A stretch of 63,557 nucleotides of DNA, the filler included, from Octopus bimaculoides (lineage: Eukaryota): the NCBI RefSeq assembly GCF_001194135.2. It is 5 parts of 5 records of this genome, joined end to end, with 100 filler letters (N's around TTAATTAATTAA, not from the genome) between each part and the next. Parts side by side here need not be neighbours in the genome. Positions count along the whole stretch, not along the records: positions 23,181 to 38,910 come from NC_068984.1; 4 more parts are not named here. One strand, given 5' to 3'. The notes beneath the pieces are model-generated. The model saw only the letters and a list, made by a program, of their open reading frames with translations. It had not been told where the DNA came from and did no database searches. The position numbers were made by a program, and so were the translations under genes. Below, piece by piece: positions 23,716-36,550 of this stretch. Within the stretch, counting starts at the first letter, position 1, and the number at the start of each line of letters is the position of its first letter.

Positions 23716-24593
23716 GTATATACATATATATATATATATATATAAAATAGTGTACGGATTTATACACCAAAGAGGTCACCTTTAACAGGACACCTTACAT
23801 GCTGGAAAGGAAAGTTAAAGCCCAAACGACGAATAAGATTAATTTTCAAGGGAATGAAAAATAAAAATGTTTCGATATTTACCCCCAGACTATATAAAAA
23901 CACACCCATATATATATATTCACACATACATACATGCGCGCATGCACATATACACACACACACGCTCTCACACACACACACAAACCTGCGCGCGCGCACA
24001 CACTCGCGCACGCGCGCGCACACATACACACACATAGAAAGGCATAACATAAGTATATGCCAACGCTCATGCATCATAGTGCTGATGGCTGCCTATGCTT
24101 CCTGCATCTCGCATTATGATCATATTGGTTCAGTCATAAAGCATATAATGTTAATTCTCTAGCGGCGTCTAATCATTTCAAACATTATAAAAAGTAATCC
24201 ATTAAATCTATCGATCTATCTATCTATCTATCTATCCATCTAGTTCTCTCTCTCTCTCTCTCTCTATCTATCGATCTATCTACCTATCTATCTATCTAGC
24301 TGCCTGTCTACGTCGTGCATGTGTATATATATANNNNNNNNNNNNNNNNNNNNNNNNNNNNNNNNNNNNNNATTTATCAAAATCTACCCATCTCTATATA
24401 TTTATCTATCTCCCTATCTATTTAGGTATGTTTCTGTTTATCTGCCCTCAGTCTGTAGGTTAGTCTATCTCTAAGTATATCTAAGTGTGTGTGCGCGCGC
24501 GTGTGTGTATACGCACACACAAACTTGCACACATACAGTATTTTTTCTTGTGCAATGATTCTAAGTTTATGTGTATTTATATTTAAAACAATG

Positions 24594-24636
<43 letters not shown>

Positions 24637-24956
24637 ATATGTATATATAAGTATATATGGCTGCGTTCGGGTGGTTCTATATACTCTTATACACATAAGT
24701 ACATATATATATATACCTACATAACTGAAGAAATCCAATGAGAATTATTATTGCGCAATTTATATCACATAATTTAATTTTCACATGACTTACTTCATCT
24801 TCCTATATATATCTATCGATATATATTCCTTTTTCCCCCTTAAAAAATACTTGCCAGGTTTTTATTCCATTGAAACTTACCGGTTTTGATTATGTCGGAA
24901 AATAATTGTAAAGAAATAGATAGGTGATAGATCTTTTACTGGCTCGTAAAAAAATG

Positions 24957-24992
<36 letters not shown>

Positions 24993-25661
24993 GTAATCGC
25001 AAACTCATGCACTGAGACACGCATAGAAATACCCGTGCGCACGGCCTGGAATTCGTACATCACTGGGTGTTATAAGATTATTTACCATTTTTTTTTTGTA
25101 TTTTAATATCATTTGGGAAATTATACGTAAAAGATTCGATATAATCGAGGAGAAATACACACAGACATTTACATTTTGCTTTTGACGCCTGCTTGTAATA
25201 TGCAGATCAAATACTTGGCATGCCTCTTACACAGAAGTTCAGAAGTACCCAGAAGAAATAACCAATAGGAAATCCATTTGACTACTGTTGTGTCTCCTTG
25301 TAATCGTGTCTCCTTGTCATCGATATACTTATATTAATGACCAATATCTGTAGTAATCATAGACATAATTCCCAACTGTACTAATATCACCTGATAATCC
25401 TCACATCATGAATATGATCATTACACCCATTATACGTTCTAGGTTTATCTTGATCATGTTTTGAAATTCCATTGATAGTACATTCTCCAAGAAAACGATA
25501 TCAGAATATCAGAGAGTTGAATTTCACGATAAAATTTCTAAATCTCAAATGATGCTGCAAACGCGATGGTATATCACTATCTTTGAACTTCAGCTAAAAA
25601 AATCAATTAAGTATAATTTGCTTGTTATCTTCAAATCCACTGTCTGTATGCCTTATTCTTA

Positions 25662-25876
25662 TACTCTTTACTGTTTTGCTTGTTTCAGTCATTTGACTTT
25701 GTCCACGCTGGAGCACCACCTTTAGTCGAGCAAATCGACCCCAGGACTTATTCTTCGTAAGCCTAGCACTTATTCTATCGGTCCCTTTACCCGAACCTCT
25801 AAGTTATGGGGACATAAACACACCAGCATCAGTTATCAAGCGATGTTGGGAGACAAACACAGACACACAAACATAT

Positions 25877-25909
<33 letters not shown>

Positions 25910-26073
25910 CGACAGGCTTCTTTCATTTTCCGTCTACCAAATCCACTCACGAGGCTTTGGTCGGCCCGAGACTATAGTAGAAGACACTTGCCCAAGGTGC
26001 CACGCAGTGGGACTGAACCCGGAACCATGTGGTTGGTAAGCGGGCTACTTACCACACAGTCACTCCTACGCCT
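25662..26073 (-). mobile_element. SINE A, full length
   Basis: Matches the 1163-1633 copy from head to tail. Confidence 0.92.
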
Positions 26074-28646
26074 GTATCTCCAATTCAAAACATTTACTGC
26101 CATATTCAGCCTGAGATCGCAGTCGTATGGTACCATACCACACAAAACATTAAACGTTCTTCACCAACGTTCAGCGAATGCGTTGCATTACTGTATAAGT
26201 TTAGTGTAATAACCTGTTAAAGTATTGAAAAAGGCAGCGAGAAAATTGTGAATTTTAATACAAAATGACATGATTTTAAATATTTAAAAATTTTCCAGCA
26301 TTATATCAAAGAAAGAATAAGTATTTTGATTCAAACTAATATTTTTAGTCTCATTAATATCATTGGTGTGAGGTTGATACATATTTTATAAATCTCTTAT
26401 TTTCCGTAAATTTGAGGTAGGAAATTTTGAGTTTGAAATCCTCTGGTTTAGAAAAATATTACGAATTCCATTTTATTGACCGAATTAACAATAAGACTGA
26501 GAGCTTCTTCAAACTGCTTGTACCGAATTAGTTAAGTCACAGCACCAAGACTCTCGCGGCCTTAAAGCTCGCTTGCCTTTCGTACACAGTAAATCTAACA
26601 CCATAGCTTCCATTGGAGTGTTCACTCAATAAAATAATTATTTTTGTTTTTCAGAAGGTAGATCAGGATTTAAAAGGTACGCTGGTTCCTATTTCTAGTA
26701 GCTCCACCTACCGCGTAAATGATTTCTTTGCACTTGACACACCCTTGAGTTCCGGATATACCGCACAGCAACAACTTCAATTATAATTTAAAAAAGGTGC
26801 CTTTCTATTAAACATGGTGCAATTTTCCCTAAAAGCATAAAACACCATTCGGTCTTTTCCTACTTCCTACTTCTAGTCTTTACTATTTCCTCCATCTACT
26901 CACACACGCGGCCATTAGTACTGATGTGCGCAAGCGCATTGTAAATCACATTTCCACCGTTCCTTCTCTGCATCGATCAGCATACGCATACTTATATGCA
27001 TGTATAGATCTATTCATCTATACCTGTACATATATACATACACATATAAATACACACGAAGATATATATGAGTTTTCTACTTATGATCTTATGTAGGACA
27101 TTTCTTAAGGTGATGCACCATTTTAGTCACATCGTCAGTGATGGTTTATTGTCCGTTATTTATATCGCTTATTACATCCCCGGGGATTTCACATGTTTCA
27201 TTCCAGCCACAGAACTTCCAAAAATGAACACATTTCACCTGCTTGCTTTTAACTTCTCCACCTCATTCAAGTTCGCTTTCTCCTCATTCTTGTCCATCCC
27301 CGCCTCTTTCTTCTTGTTATTATTCTCTTCCTCCACCTGTCCTCCTTCTGTACCTTGCTTCCTCTGTCTTGTAACCTACAACTGTTGCCCTAAACGGGTT
27401 TTTGAATTATATATTTTCCTCGCTGACGAAGTTATTAATATATTTTCCTTTTCATTCTCATGAAATGCAATCATTTGACAATCCTTTCCTAGTACAGCAA
27501 CTTCAGTCAATTCCATCAAATTTTATACATTATACCTTGAAGGATTATCAGCCAAATAACTAATCATTAACGGTGCTGATTTTGTTTCAATTTAGCTCCA
27601 GGTTATCACTAAATGAAGAAAAACAGGATAAGAGCGTTTAATGCCATGACCTTTGCTTATTTTCCTTGCAGACGTATTGTGTCTTGTAGTTCTTTATCCA
27701 CTGCGTGGATTTGAATGCTTTTTTACATTTTACATATTGTCATAGACAGGACATATATGTATATAAAACAAAATGTTTATGGAATCACGAGTGGGTCATA
27801 AAGGACAAGTTATCATGCCATTCTCGTTCGCGAGAGGAGACTACATGTAGTAGCCATCTTGATAGAAGTTCAACTTACAGTTTTCGGTTTGATATTAATG
27901 TAGACGCCTATGAAATGAACTGCAGTATGGATATCTACCTGTTTGTTCTTTCCTGGAGATTTGAAACAATCATCGTGTCATCTTGATAACCGAATGAATT
28001 TAGAATTCCTTGACTTTTTTCGGATTATAAATACAGGGGGTAACTGCTGCTTGTATATCCCTCATGTATTTAACTAATAACAATTTAATGTTTTATCGGC
28101 TCGGAAGTCACGGAAAGTAAATTAAAAACAAGATTTATTTTCAAGCAGAAATTTCAATTTTAGGCGTTAGAAAAAGACTGCTGACTTAAATTTCTTAAAC
28201 TACACTAACTTTTGCAATTAGAAAATGATATTTTGATTCTGTGTGCGTAAGTTGTTTACTTGTTCTAAGTCTATATTGATGGATACTACAAGACGTAGAT
28301 TTTGTTGCAGTGTAAATACTTCTGGGAAAATTTCATCATTTATGACATATCAATGCATATTTTCCATCTTTTCAAGGTTTTCGTGTTTATTAAATAACTG
28401 GTTCTACGCATACATTTATTGAACATCATGTAATGGAGTGGTGTCAATTCTGCAATGATATTCTCCAATCTTAAATCTTTGTTTGCCCAAAATATTTTCT
28501 TTACTTTGGTCCTAAACATCCATGTTTCTTTTCAGACTTTTGGTTAACTCGCCTTGATAACTGTCTGTTTAACGTAAAGCTTTCCGTTCATATGTTAGAA
28601 GTTACTTGAAGGTTTGAAAAATGGTGGGTATGTTTATCATATATAA

Positions 28647-28894
28647 GCCTTTCTACTATAGGCACAAGGCCTGGAAATTTTAGCGAGAGGACTAGTCGAT
28701 CATCTCGAGTCCAGTACTTGACTGGTACTTAATTTATCGACTCCGAAAGGATGAAAGGCAAAGTCGACCTCGGCGGAATTTAAACTCAGAGTGTAACGGC
28801 ACACGAAATACCGCTAAGCATTTCGCTTGGAGTGCTAACGAATCCGCCAGCTCGCCGCCAGCTCGCCGCCAGCTCGCCGCCAGCTCGCCGCCTA
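28647..28894 (-). mobile_element. SINE B with an 18-bp target-site duplication and a quadruplicated 5' end
   Basis: TATGTTTATCATATATAA at 28629-28646 and 28895-28912; (GCCAGCTCGCC)x4 at 28846-28889. Confidence 0.92.
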
Positions 28895-29820
28895 TATGTT
28901 TATCATATATAATGCGTGAACACCAGGGAAATAGAACATGCTATGCACAGGACAGGTAAAGTGTTAATCAAGGTTATTCTCTTGTTTTTGTCAACAGAAG
29001 TATGTTCACGATAAGTAAGCGCATGTTTATTAGAGTAGAATGTCCATTTTAGCTCATGAAATTTCTTATTGTACACAGCTGGCTCTAGGGAGTTTTCTTA
29101 ATTTTTTTTTTTTTTAATGTTATTTTGCTGATCTCACAAAAGCACCAATCACAACTATACCGGGAACCGAGTTTGACATTTGGTAGCAATACAGTATTGC
29201 GTGATTCTAGATCACGAAAATGAATTTCTATCTCTGTCGTGGTCATATTAACAATTCATTTTTTTGCTTCTTTTTGCAATCAAAGTCGAGTCATATTGTT
29301 GTGAAACCAACAAACGCTTCCAGCTGTCATTTTAAAAATCTCATAAAATTAGTTTGGAATAACATGTATTACGCAAAACGTTGATGAAAATATGACAGCT
29401 TACGCCAAGGTCATATAATTCGTGGGCGCTGACATCTTGGTCTTCAACCACGCACAATAGACAATTGCTACATCGGTTCATGGTACTGTTCAGTTAAAAT
29501 AACTGCTGAATCGCTGACGCATGATCTGAGAATCGAAGTCGACAATTTTTTTTAAAAACTGGTAAATAACAACAATCTGTTTTTTTTTTTTACCGTTTAT
29601 AATACAGTTTTCATCCAAGAGGATAGATACTTTTACGCGTATATATCACAACGTAGATTATAATGATTCACAGATTATCAATGATGTGTGTGTGCGTGTG
29701 TGCGTGTGTGCGTTGTGCGTGTGTGTGTCTGTGTGTGTGTGTATGCGTATCTATTTATCTTTTGTTGCTTTCGCAGGTTGCCATGACTATCACAACCCAA
29801 TTCTATTGTTATGAATGTTA

Positions 29821-30232
29821 AGGCGGCGAGCTGGCAGAAACGTTAGCACGCCGGGCGGAATGCTTAGAGGTATTTCGTCTGTCTTTACGTTCTGAGTTCA
29901 AATTCCGCCCAGGTCGACTTTGCCTTTCATACTTTCGTGGTCGATAAATTAAGTACCAGTGACGCACTAGGGTCGATGTAATCGACTTAATCCCTTTGTC
30001 TGTCCTTGCTTGTCCCCTCTATGTTTAGCCACTTGTGGGCAATAAAGAAATAAGAATCGTTAGCATGCCGGGCGAAAGGCTTAGCGTTATTTCTATTGTC
30101 TTTACATTCCGAGTTTGCCTTTCATTTTTTCGGGGTCGATAAATTAAGTACCAGTTGCGTACTGAGGTCAATCCAATCGAGTGGCCCCACCTCCCCTAAA
30201 TGTTCGGGCCTTGTGCCTAGAGTAGAAAAGAT
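29821..30232 (+). mobile_element. SINE B dimer (long-tail unit followed by short-tail unit)
   Basis: The first unit ends AATAAAGAAATAAG; the second begins directly at AATCGTTAGCATGCCGGGCG. Confidence 0.88.
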
Positions 30233-30239
30233 AATTATT

Positions 30240-30540
30240 AATTCGAATTGGGAGCTTGAGTCAAAGTGAATATTCCATTAGCTGAGGACACAACCATGGA
30301 CGCCATCGCTATAGCTGTGCTGCAGTTACTCTCTTGATAGCATTTGATGATCCCGACCGTTGTTCTTCTAGGATTCTTCCGCTGAGTATCAATGTAAGAA
30401 GCACCGTTGGCTCAGTCGAGCTCTTCTGGTACCTCTTGACATCCGCCATGCTGCAAGCCAGTGACTGGATGTGTGCTGTGCGTTGCCAAAGGGAAGCCCG
30501 TAACTATGCAGGGAGCGGACGTCACACTTTGAGGTATCTT
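30240..30540 (-). mobile_element. Possible very decayed RTE-like LINE 3' end
   Basis: Weak resemblance of DVKRYQ...EEQRSGSSNAIKR to the KRYKD...DRS.WR.AI region of RTE ORFs. GC-richer than the flanks. Confidence 0.3.
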
Positions 30541-31172
30541 CAAAATACCCACATGGCCATATATATATATAAAAGCTAAGTCCGGTTTCACCCGGTGGGT
30601 TTGGATGATGTGGCTGTAAAACCTGCTCTGTGTAAGCATTCGACTTGCTTGGGCACGCTTACCTTAAAAATCAATTTTAGAATGACTTTTTTCTGTCGAC
30701 ACGCTAAAAAGAACTGACCAACAATAGAAAAACAACCAAGATTCAACCAAATCAAAAAATAAAACCAAATAATAAGGGAACAAATCGAACCATCCCACTA
30801 TCATTGCGCGCGCACACGCACCCACACACATTCACATACCCCCCTCTTACATACACACACATATTCACACAGAGTTGAAACGCTGCTTGGTTTATTTTTT
30901 CACCGTACAATTTTCACCATCCCACTACCAACTACGACATCACCCCTTCCTTCCTTATTCATCTATCACCCCTTGTTTTCTCATTCATAATCACAAGAGT
31001 ACTATTATAGTAGATTATCTCGGTAACCATGGAAACGCTGTAAAAAATACAAAGCCCAGCATGAACACCGGATCATTCTACACATCTGTGTAAATTTTCG
31101 CGTTTGACCGTGAATCCGAAGACACGAAAGAATCGCCCATGTATAGATATGCATATATTATATTATTTGTTT

Positions 31173-31500
31173 AACTGTTGTCAGTCACTTGCCTTCGGCC
31201 ATGCTGGAGAACAGCCTTAAAGGACGTTATTCGAATAAATGAACCCAAGGACTTATTATTTGTAACCCTAGTACTTACTCCATCGTGCTGTTTTTCCGAA
31301 CCGCTAAGTTACGGGGGCATAAACACAATAGCATCGTTTGTCAAGCGATGGCAGCAGGAGGGCAAGCACAGATACACAAACACCCCCCCACACACACAGA
31401 AACGTTGTTCTTCGCACACACGACGGTATTCTTCCAGTTTTCGTCTACGAAATGCTCTCACAAGGCTTTGGTCGGCCCGAGGCTATAGTAGAAGACACTT
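31173..31500 (-). mobile_element. SINE A, diverged, head lost in a gap
   Basis: CCGAACCGCTAAGTTACGGGG...CAAGGCTTTGGTCGGCCCGAGGCTATAGTAGAAGACACTT. Confidence 0.85.
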
Positions 31501-31729
31501 ANNNNNNNNNNNNNNNNNNNNNNNNNNNNNNNNNNNNNNNNNNNNNNNNNNNNNNNNNNNNNNNNNNNNNNNNNNNNNNNNNNNNNNNNNNNNNNNNNNN
31601 NNNNNNNNNNNNNNNNNNNNNNNNNNNNNNNNNNNNNNNNNNNNNNNNNNNNNNNNNNNNNNNNNNNNNNNNNNNNNNNNNNNNNNNNNNNNNNNNNNNN
31701 NNNNNNNNNNNNNNNNNNNNNNNNNNNNN

Positions 31730-31810
<81 letters not shown>

Positions 31811-32414
31811 TAATTTTCATTTTGGCCTTGTTATTGTGTATGAGGAATTACAGACATAAACTTAACACTCCAGTAATTCAGTCCACTGTTTGTTGCTTAC
31901 AATTCTTCTGAAATTTCCATTTTATTTTTACGGATGCTGTATTATGAAATAATCTATTAATTTATTAATGTTTTCTGAAATGACAGAATCAGACTGTCGT
32001 GTTACTGCTGTTACTGTCGTGGTATTATTGAATCTACTTTAAAGCTTTCCACTTAAGCCTAGAGCCAGCAACTACTGTTTTTATTAGAGTTGGCAATATT
32101 CGTAACATTTAAGGTGATTTAGTAGTTAATTGCAATGAACGTCAATCTTTTATAAAATAGTCGTTTATGTCTTCTTTCCTGTTTACTTTAAACGCGTGTT
32201 ATCTTTTACGGTAGAGATTGTTTTCTTTAAAAACCCATGCTACGGAAACTAACTGAACCTTATTTAAATTTATTGGTTTTTACAACGTTTCGTGATCTTT
32301 TTTTCCATTGAACCATCGAAAATAAAGTACCAGTCAAGTTCTGATGTCGTGGTCATCGACTGCCTCACTCACCTTGAAGCTGTTGGTTCAAACAATATCA
32401 AATTTTTCCATAAT

Positions 32415-32815
32415 GTGATCAACCTGGCGCGCTTTTGATAAGTGGAACCCGCAAAACAGAAGCCTTCTCAAAAAAAGTTCATTGTACAAAATATTCTCAA
32501 ATCTCCCTCAGAATATGCTGACAGCGTTGCCTATTTGATTTGTAGTCAATCGTCTGTCGTTCGTCGCCATGTGGTGAACACAACCAATGTTTTCCACAGT
32601 AGTGGACGTCCGTCCTCCGGTCATCTTCAACACTTTCTCTTCTACATTCAGCTGCCTATTTTTGCACTGTTGATAAAACTGGTGCGTCATCCCCGAGATA
32701 GCAGCCACATTAGCATAAATTTCCCTAGGAACTAAACCCTTTTTCTGCAGGTATTGATAACAGGGCGACGCCAAATTTTGTCCCATTTCAAGAGAAACTG
32801 CTACTAGTTGTTGCT
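32415..32815 (-). mobile_element. Mariner transposase 5' fragment (pseudogenised)
   Basis: YLQKKGL.PREI; GRTSTTVENIGCVHHMATNDRRLTTNQI.NAVSI; ENILYNEL; QKRARL. This is a mariner N-terminal HTH region with frameshifts. Confidence 0.85.
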
Positions 32816-33714
32816 GAAATTTTCTGTGAACACTTAGTTATCAGTTTATAAATAACTAGAATTGAAATTAATGCATGTAAGACTTAACAACTCCTGCATC
32901 ACTTCCTCATAGCCAGCCTATGAACTTTTCAGCCCACCAACTTATATGAATACTCAAGTGGAAGAAACATTTTGAATATTTATACACCAAACAGATTCTC
33001 CTTTCTCTTCCAGAGAAATAACTTATATTATAGAGGATGGAGGTCTGCATTCTATGATAATAATAATAAAAATTGCTCTGACATACATTAACGACCAGGT
33101 ACTAACTGAAAAAAGTGAGATGTGCTAAATTATGAACAATAGTTTATCTACAACATGGTTAGTGAATATTCTTGAATTCCTCAAAGTTACCCGTTAATAT
33201 TTTCGCTGCATGTAATCTATGTCATTCACTAATGTTCATTTAATACTACACGCAGAGTATTATAATCTTCATAGCTCTAGACTATCTTGGTATTTTCTAT
33301 TTTATTCAAATTTTTTTTTCCTGTTCTTAGCCTAAGATTCATCATTGATTTTGGCTATAAATGATGTTGAAATTACGCTAAACACAATGTCCCTCCAATG
33401 AAAATTACTTTCGGTGATAGAGAATGTCCAGTGCAGTTTTCGATATATATTGCCGGGAAAATGACATAATTTGAGGATAAGCTTTCATTTAAAAACATAA
33501 CCTTCAGTGAACAAAAAATACGTCAAAGTATCACAGAAACATTATATAAGCTAACTCTGACGAAAAGAAACAAGAAAATAATCACAATGAAACGAATTAA
33601 TGTTGGGTATTGTAGTGTAGAAAGTATAGGCGTGTGTATATGCCATTCTCTGAGTGTCCGCCTATAAATATATAAGCGTAATAACACACACACCCGCACA
33701 CACACACATACACA

Positions 33715-33751
<37 letters not shown>

Positions 33752-33836
33752 ACACACGGAAACGCATATGTATCTATGATTATTTCATTTGTGATGATAT
33801 AAGTATAAGTTTAAAAACATTAATGAATATATGATT

Positions 33837-33869
<33 letters not shown>

Positions 33870-33991
33870 TATAAATGTATATATATAAACATGCATATAT
33901 ATATAGATATATATATATATATACCTTTGTGTGTGTATGTATACATATATATATATATATATATCCGTATATACATACACACACATACACA

Positions 33992-34053
<62 letters not shown>

Positions 34054-34063
34054 NNNNNNNNNN

Positions 34064-34112
<49 letters not shown>

Positions 34113-34954
34113 ATATACACACATATATACATAAATACACAACATCATAAACCTAGAATTCTCGTGTAATGGATACAAAGCGATGATTGAGATATAACGG
34201 TACTGGAATAGGAAGTGATTCTATTTTGTTGTAGTCAATGAGGAAATTATTTCCAGAATGAGAGTGACTTAAGAAAACATAACAGATGAAGGGAAAAAAA
34301 AAACCTGCTAGTTTGAAGGTAATCGATACAAACAGGAAAATGTTTTAAAAAATAACTTTGGAGAGGAAACCAAAAATCACAAACAAAATGTATGGAAGAA
34401 AGGAAAGGACAACAGTTCTTAGATAGTGCACAGAGGAGATGTATCACAAAGTATAAATGAAAGAATTTAATGTAAACTAAATAAATGTGTAAAGGTGTAT
34501 CGTGTTTGTTTGTGTCAATGGGTATATATTGGTGTGTGTGTATATATGTATGTGTGTTTGTATGATTATAACAAAGTATACATGTATACATACGCATACA
34601 TGCTCGTACACACACGTATACGTCGATATCTTCTCTGTCAGTGTTTATATAAGTAAACGTAGTAGATGTATATATGTATGCGTATGGATGAGTTTATATA
34701 ATTGCATGTATGTATGTAAGTATGTATGGATGTATATATGTATCCATACACCCACAGGTACATACATATATACACACACATATATATATATGTGTGTGTA
34801 TGCATATATATATATGTAAGTGCATGTTTGGATGTATGTATGTCTATACCTGTGGGTATATGCGTACATATATACATACACATATATACATATTTTCATA
34901 CATACATGCAGTCGTATAACCTCATACATACAATATTATTTAATATAATATATA

Positions 34955-35405
34955 TCTATTTCTTTATTGCCCACGGGGACAAACAAGGACAATCAAAGGG
35001 AATAAGTCGATTACATCGACGCTAGTGCGTAACTGGTACTTATTTAATCGATCCAGAAAGGACGAAAGGCAAAGTCAACCTCGGTGGAATTTGAACTCAG
35101 AACGTAACGGCAGACGAAATACCACTAAGCAATTCGCCCGGCGTGCCAACGATTCTGTCAGCTCGCCGCCCTAATATAATATAATATACGTTTCTACTCT
35201 AGCACCAAGGTCCGAAATTTTTTGGGGAGGGGGCTAGTCGATTAGGACGATACCAGTACACAATTGGTACTTAATTTATCGACCCCGGAAGGATGAAAGG
35301 CAAAGTCAATGTCGGCGGAATTTGAACTTAGCAATTTGAACTGTGAAATTCGAACTAAGCAATTCGCGCGGCATGCTAACGATTCTGTCAGCTGCCGCTC
35401 TCACG
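34955..35405 (-). mobile_element. Two SINE B copies in tandem, separated and flanked by TAATATAATAT-containing repeats
   Basis: Copies at about 34955-35171 and 35189-35405; target-like repeats at 34941-34954, 35172-35188 and 35406-35419. Confidence 0.88.
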
Positions 35406-36518
35406 TAATATAATATATAAATGCTGATATATCTTGTTGTTTCTGTCTCTTCTGTTGTCTACAATGCACACATCCATTTGTGTCTACTGTACAACTAATA
35501 TATCTAGAAGTCATGCCTCAACGTTAACGACCGTTTTTTTTTTTTAAACGTTAACGAGAATTTACTTTCCTCACGTATACTAGATACATCTCTAGCTGAT
35601 AGGGAGGTCAGCAGATATTATAATTATTCATCTTGTAGAGATAAATGCCTCGGGTAGCATGAAGGTGATTTGTTTCATGATGTACCAGCTAAGAAATGTT
35701 AATAATATTCCCATCAAAACCCAATTTTAAACGTTTTGCAAACATGTATTCGGGAGACTCGTGCGATACTCTCACACTCTGAATTCATGCATTTAAACAC
35801 AGAAAACAATATATCTTACAACGAAACCAGTACAATAATCCCACTGAATTGAATATAGAAATGGAGAAAATGCCACATAAACATATTGATCAATATAAAA
35901 TTGATTGTCAGCACATAAAAAAAATTACAATATAAAATAACTTTCAAAAAGATGCCAACTCTGTCTCACAAAAATACACATTATTATTGCTTAAAAAATG
36001 GGAAATACTGACTTCCAAACAACGCCAAAGTAATATATTCTATTTAAAGCAAAAAATATATTATTTTCCCTCTGAATGACTAAGAGCAATATGGCGCCAT
36101 TCTTGGAATTTGTAAATGTCAGGGGAATCTGTTTCAGAGCAACATATACTGATAGGATGTGTCTAACTAATAATAGGCAGAGAGATTAAAACCTAAGAAC
36201 AGAATTCTTAAACATGCTTACTTACAAGTGCAGGTTGACAAAGAGGAATTCGTACACACACAAACACGCAAGAGCTAAATCACATAGTTATATACGATAT
36301 ATAGCATAAAATTATAAATATATATGAAGAGGAGCAAGAATAGGTGTATGAGTAAAAAGAGTTCTTTTCGCAACGACATCGTTTTAGGTTCATTCCCATT
36401 GGGAGGTACAATGACTTGGAACTCTGGAACTTTGATACAGGAACATGTATGGATACCTATCAATTAAATACACATACAGACACATATACACACACATATG
36501 TCTATATATATATGCATG

Positions 36519-36550
<32 letters not shown>

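Noticed and set aside
26655-26676. 22-nt exon-like segment between TTTTTCAG and GTACGC
   Set aside because: The adjacent sequence (CTATTTCTAG) resembles a repeat fragment also seen near 18.36 kb, and the length is not frame-preserving.
27100-27138. CTGACGA...GAAAT on the minus strand as another hammerhead
   Set aside because: No stem I, extra unpaired bases before GAAA, and no stem III.
33014-33098. 85-nt open exon-like segment EITYIIEDGG... (cadherin-like start)
   Set aside because: The similarity is only a few residues, it contains an (ATA)n run, and the donor is weak.
34750-34857. 11-bp perfect inverted repeat ACCCACAGGTA/TACCTGTGGGT within a CA/TG fold-back
   Set aside because: It is embedded in self-complementary microsatellite-derived sequence, most likely a local strand-switch product with no sign of function.
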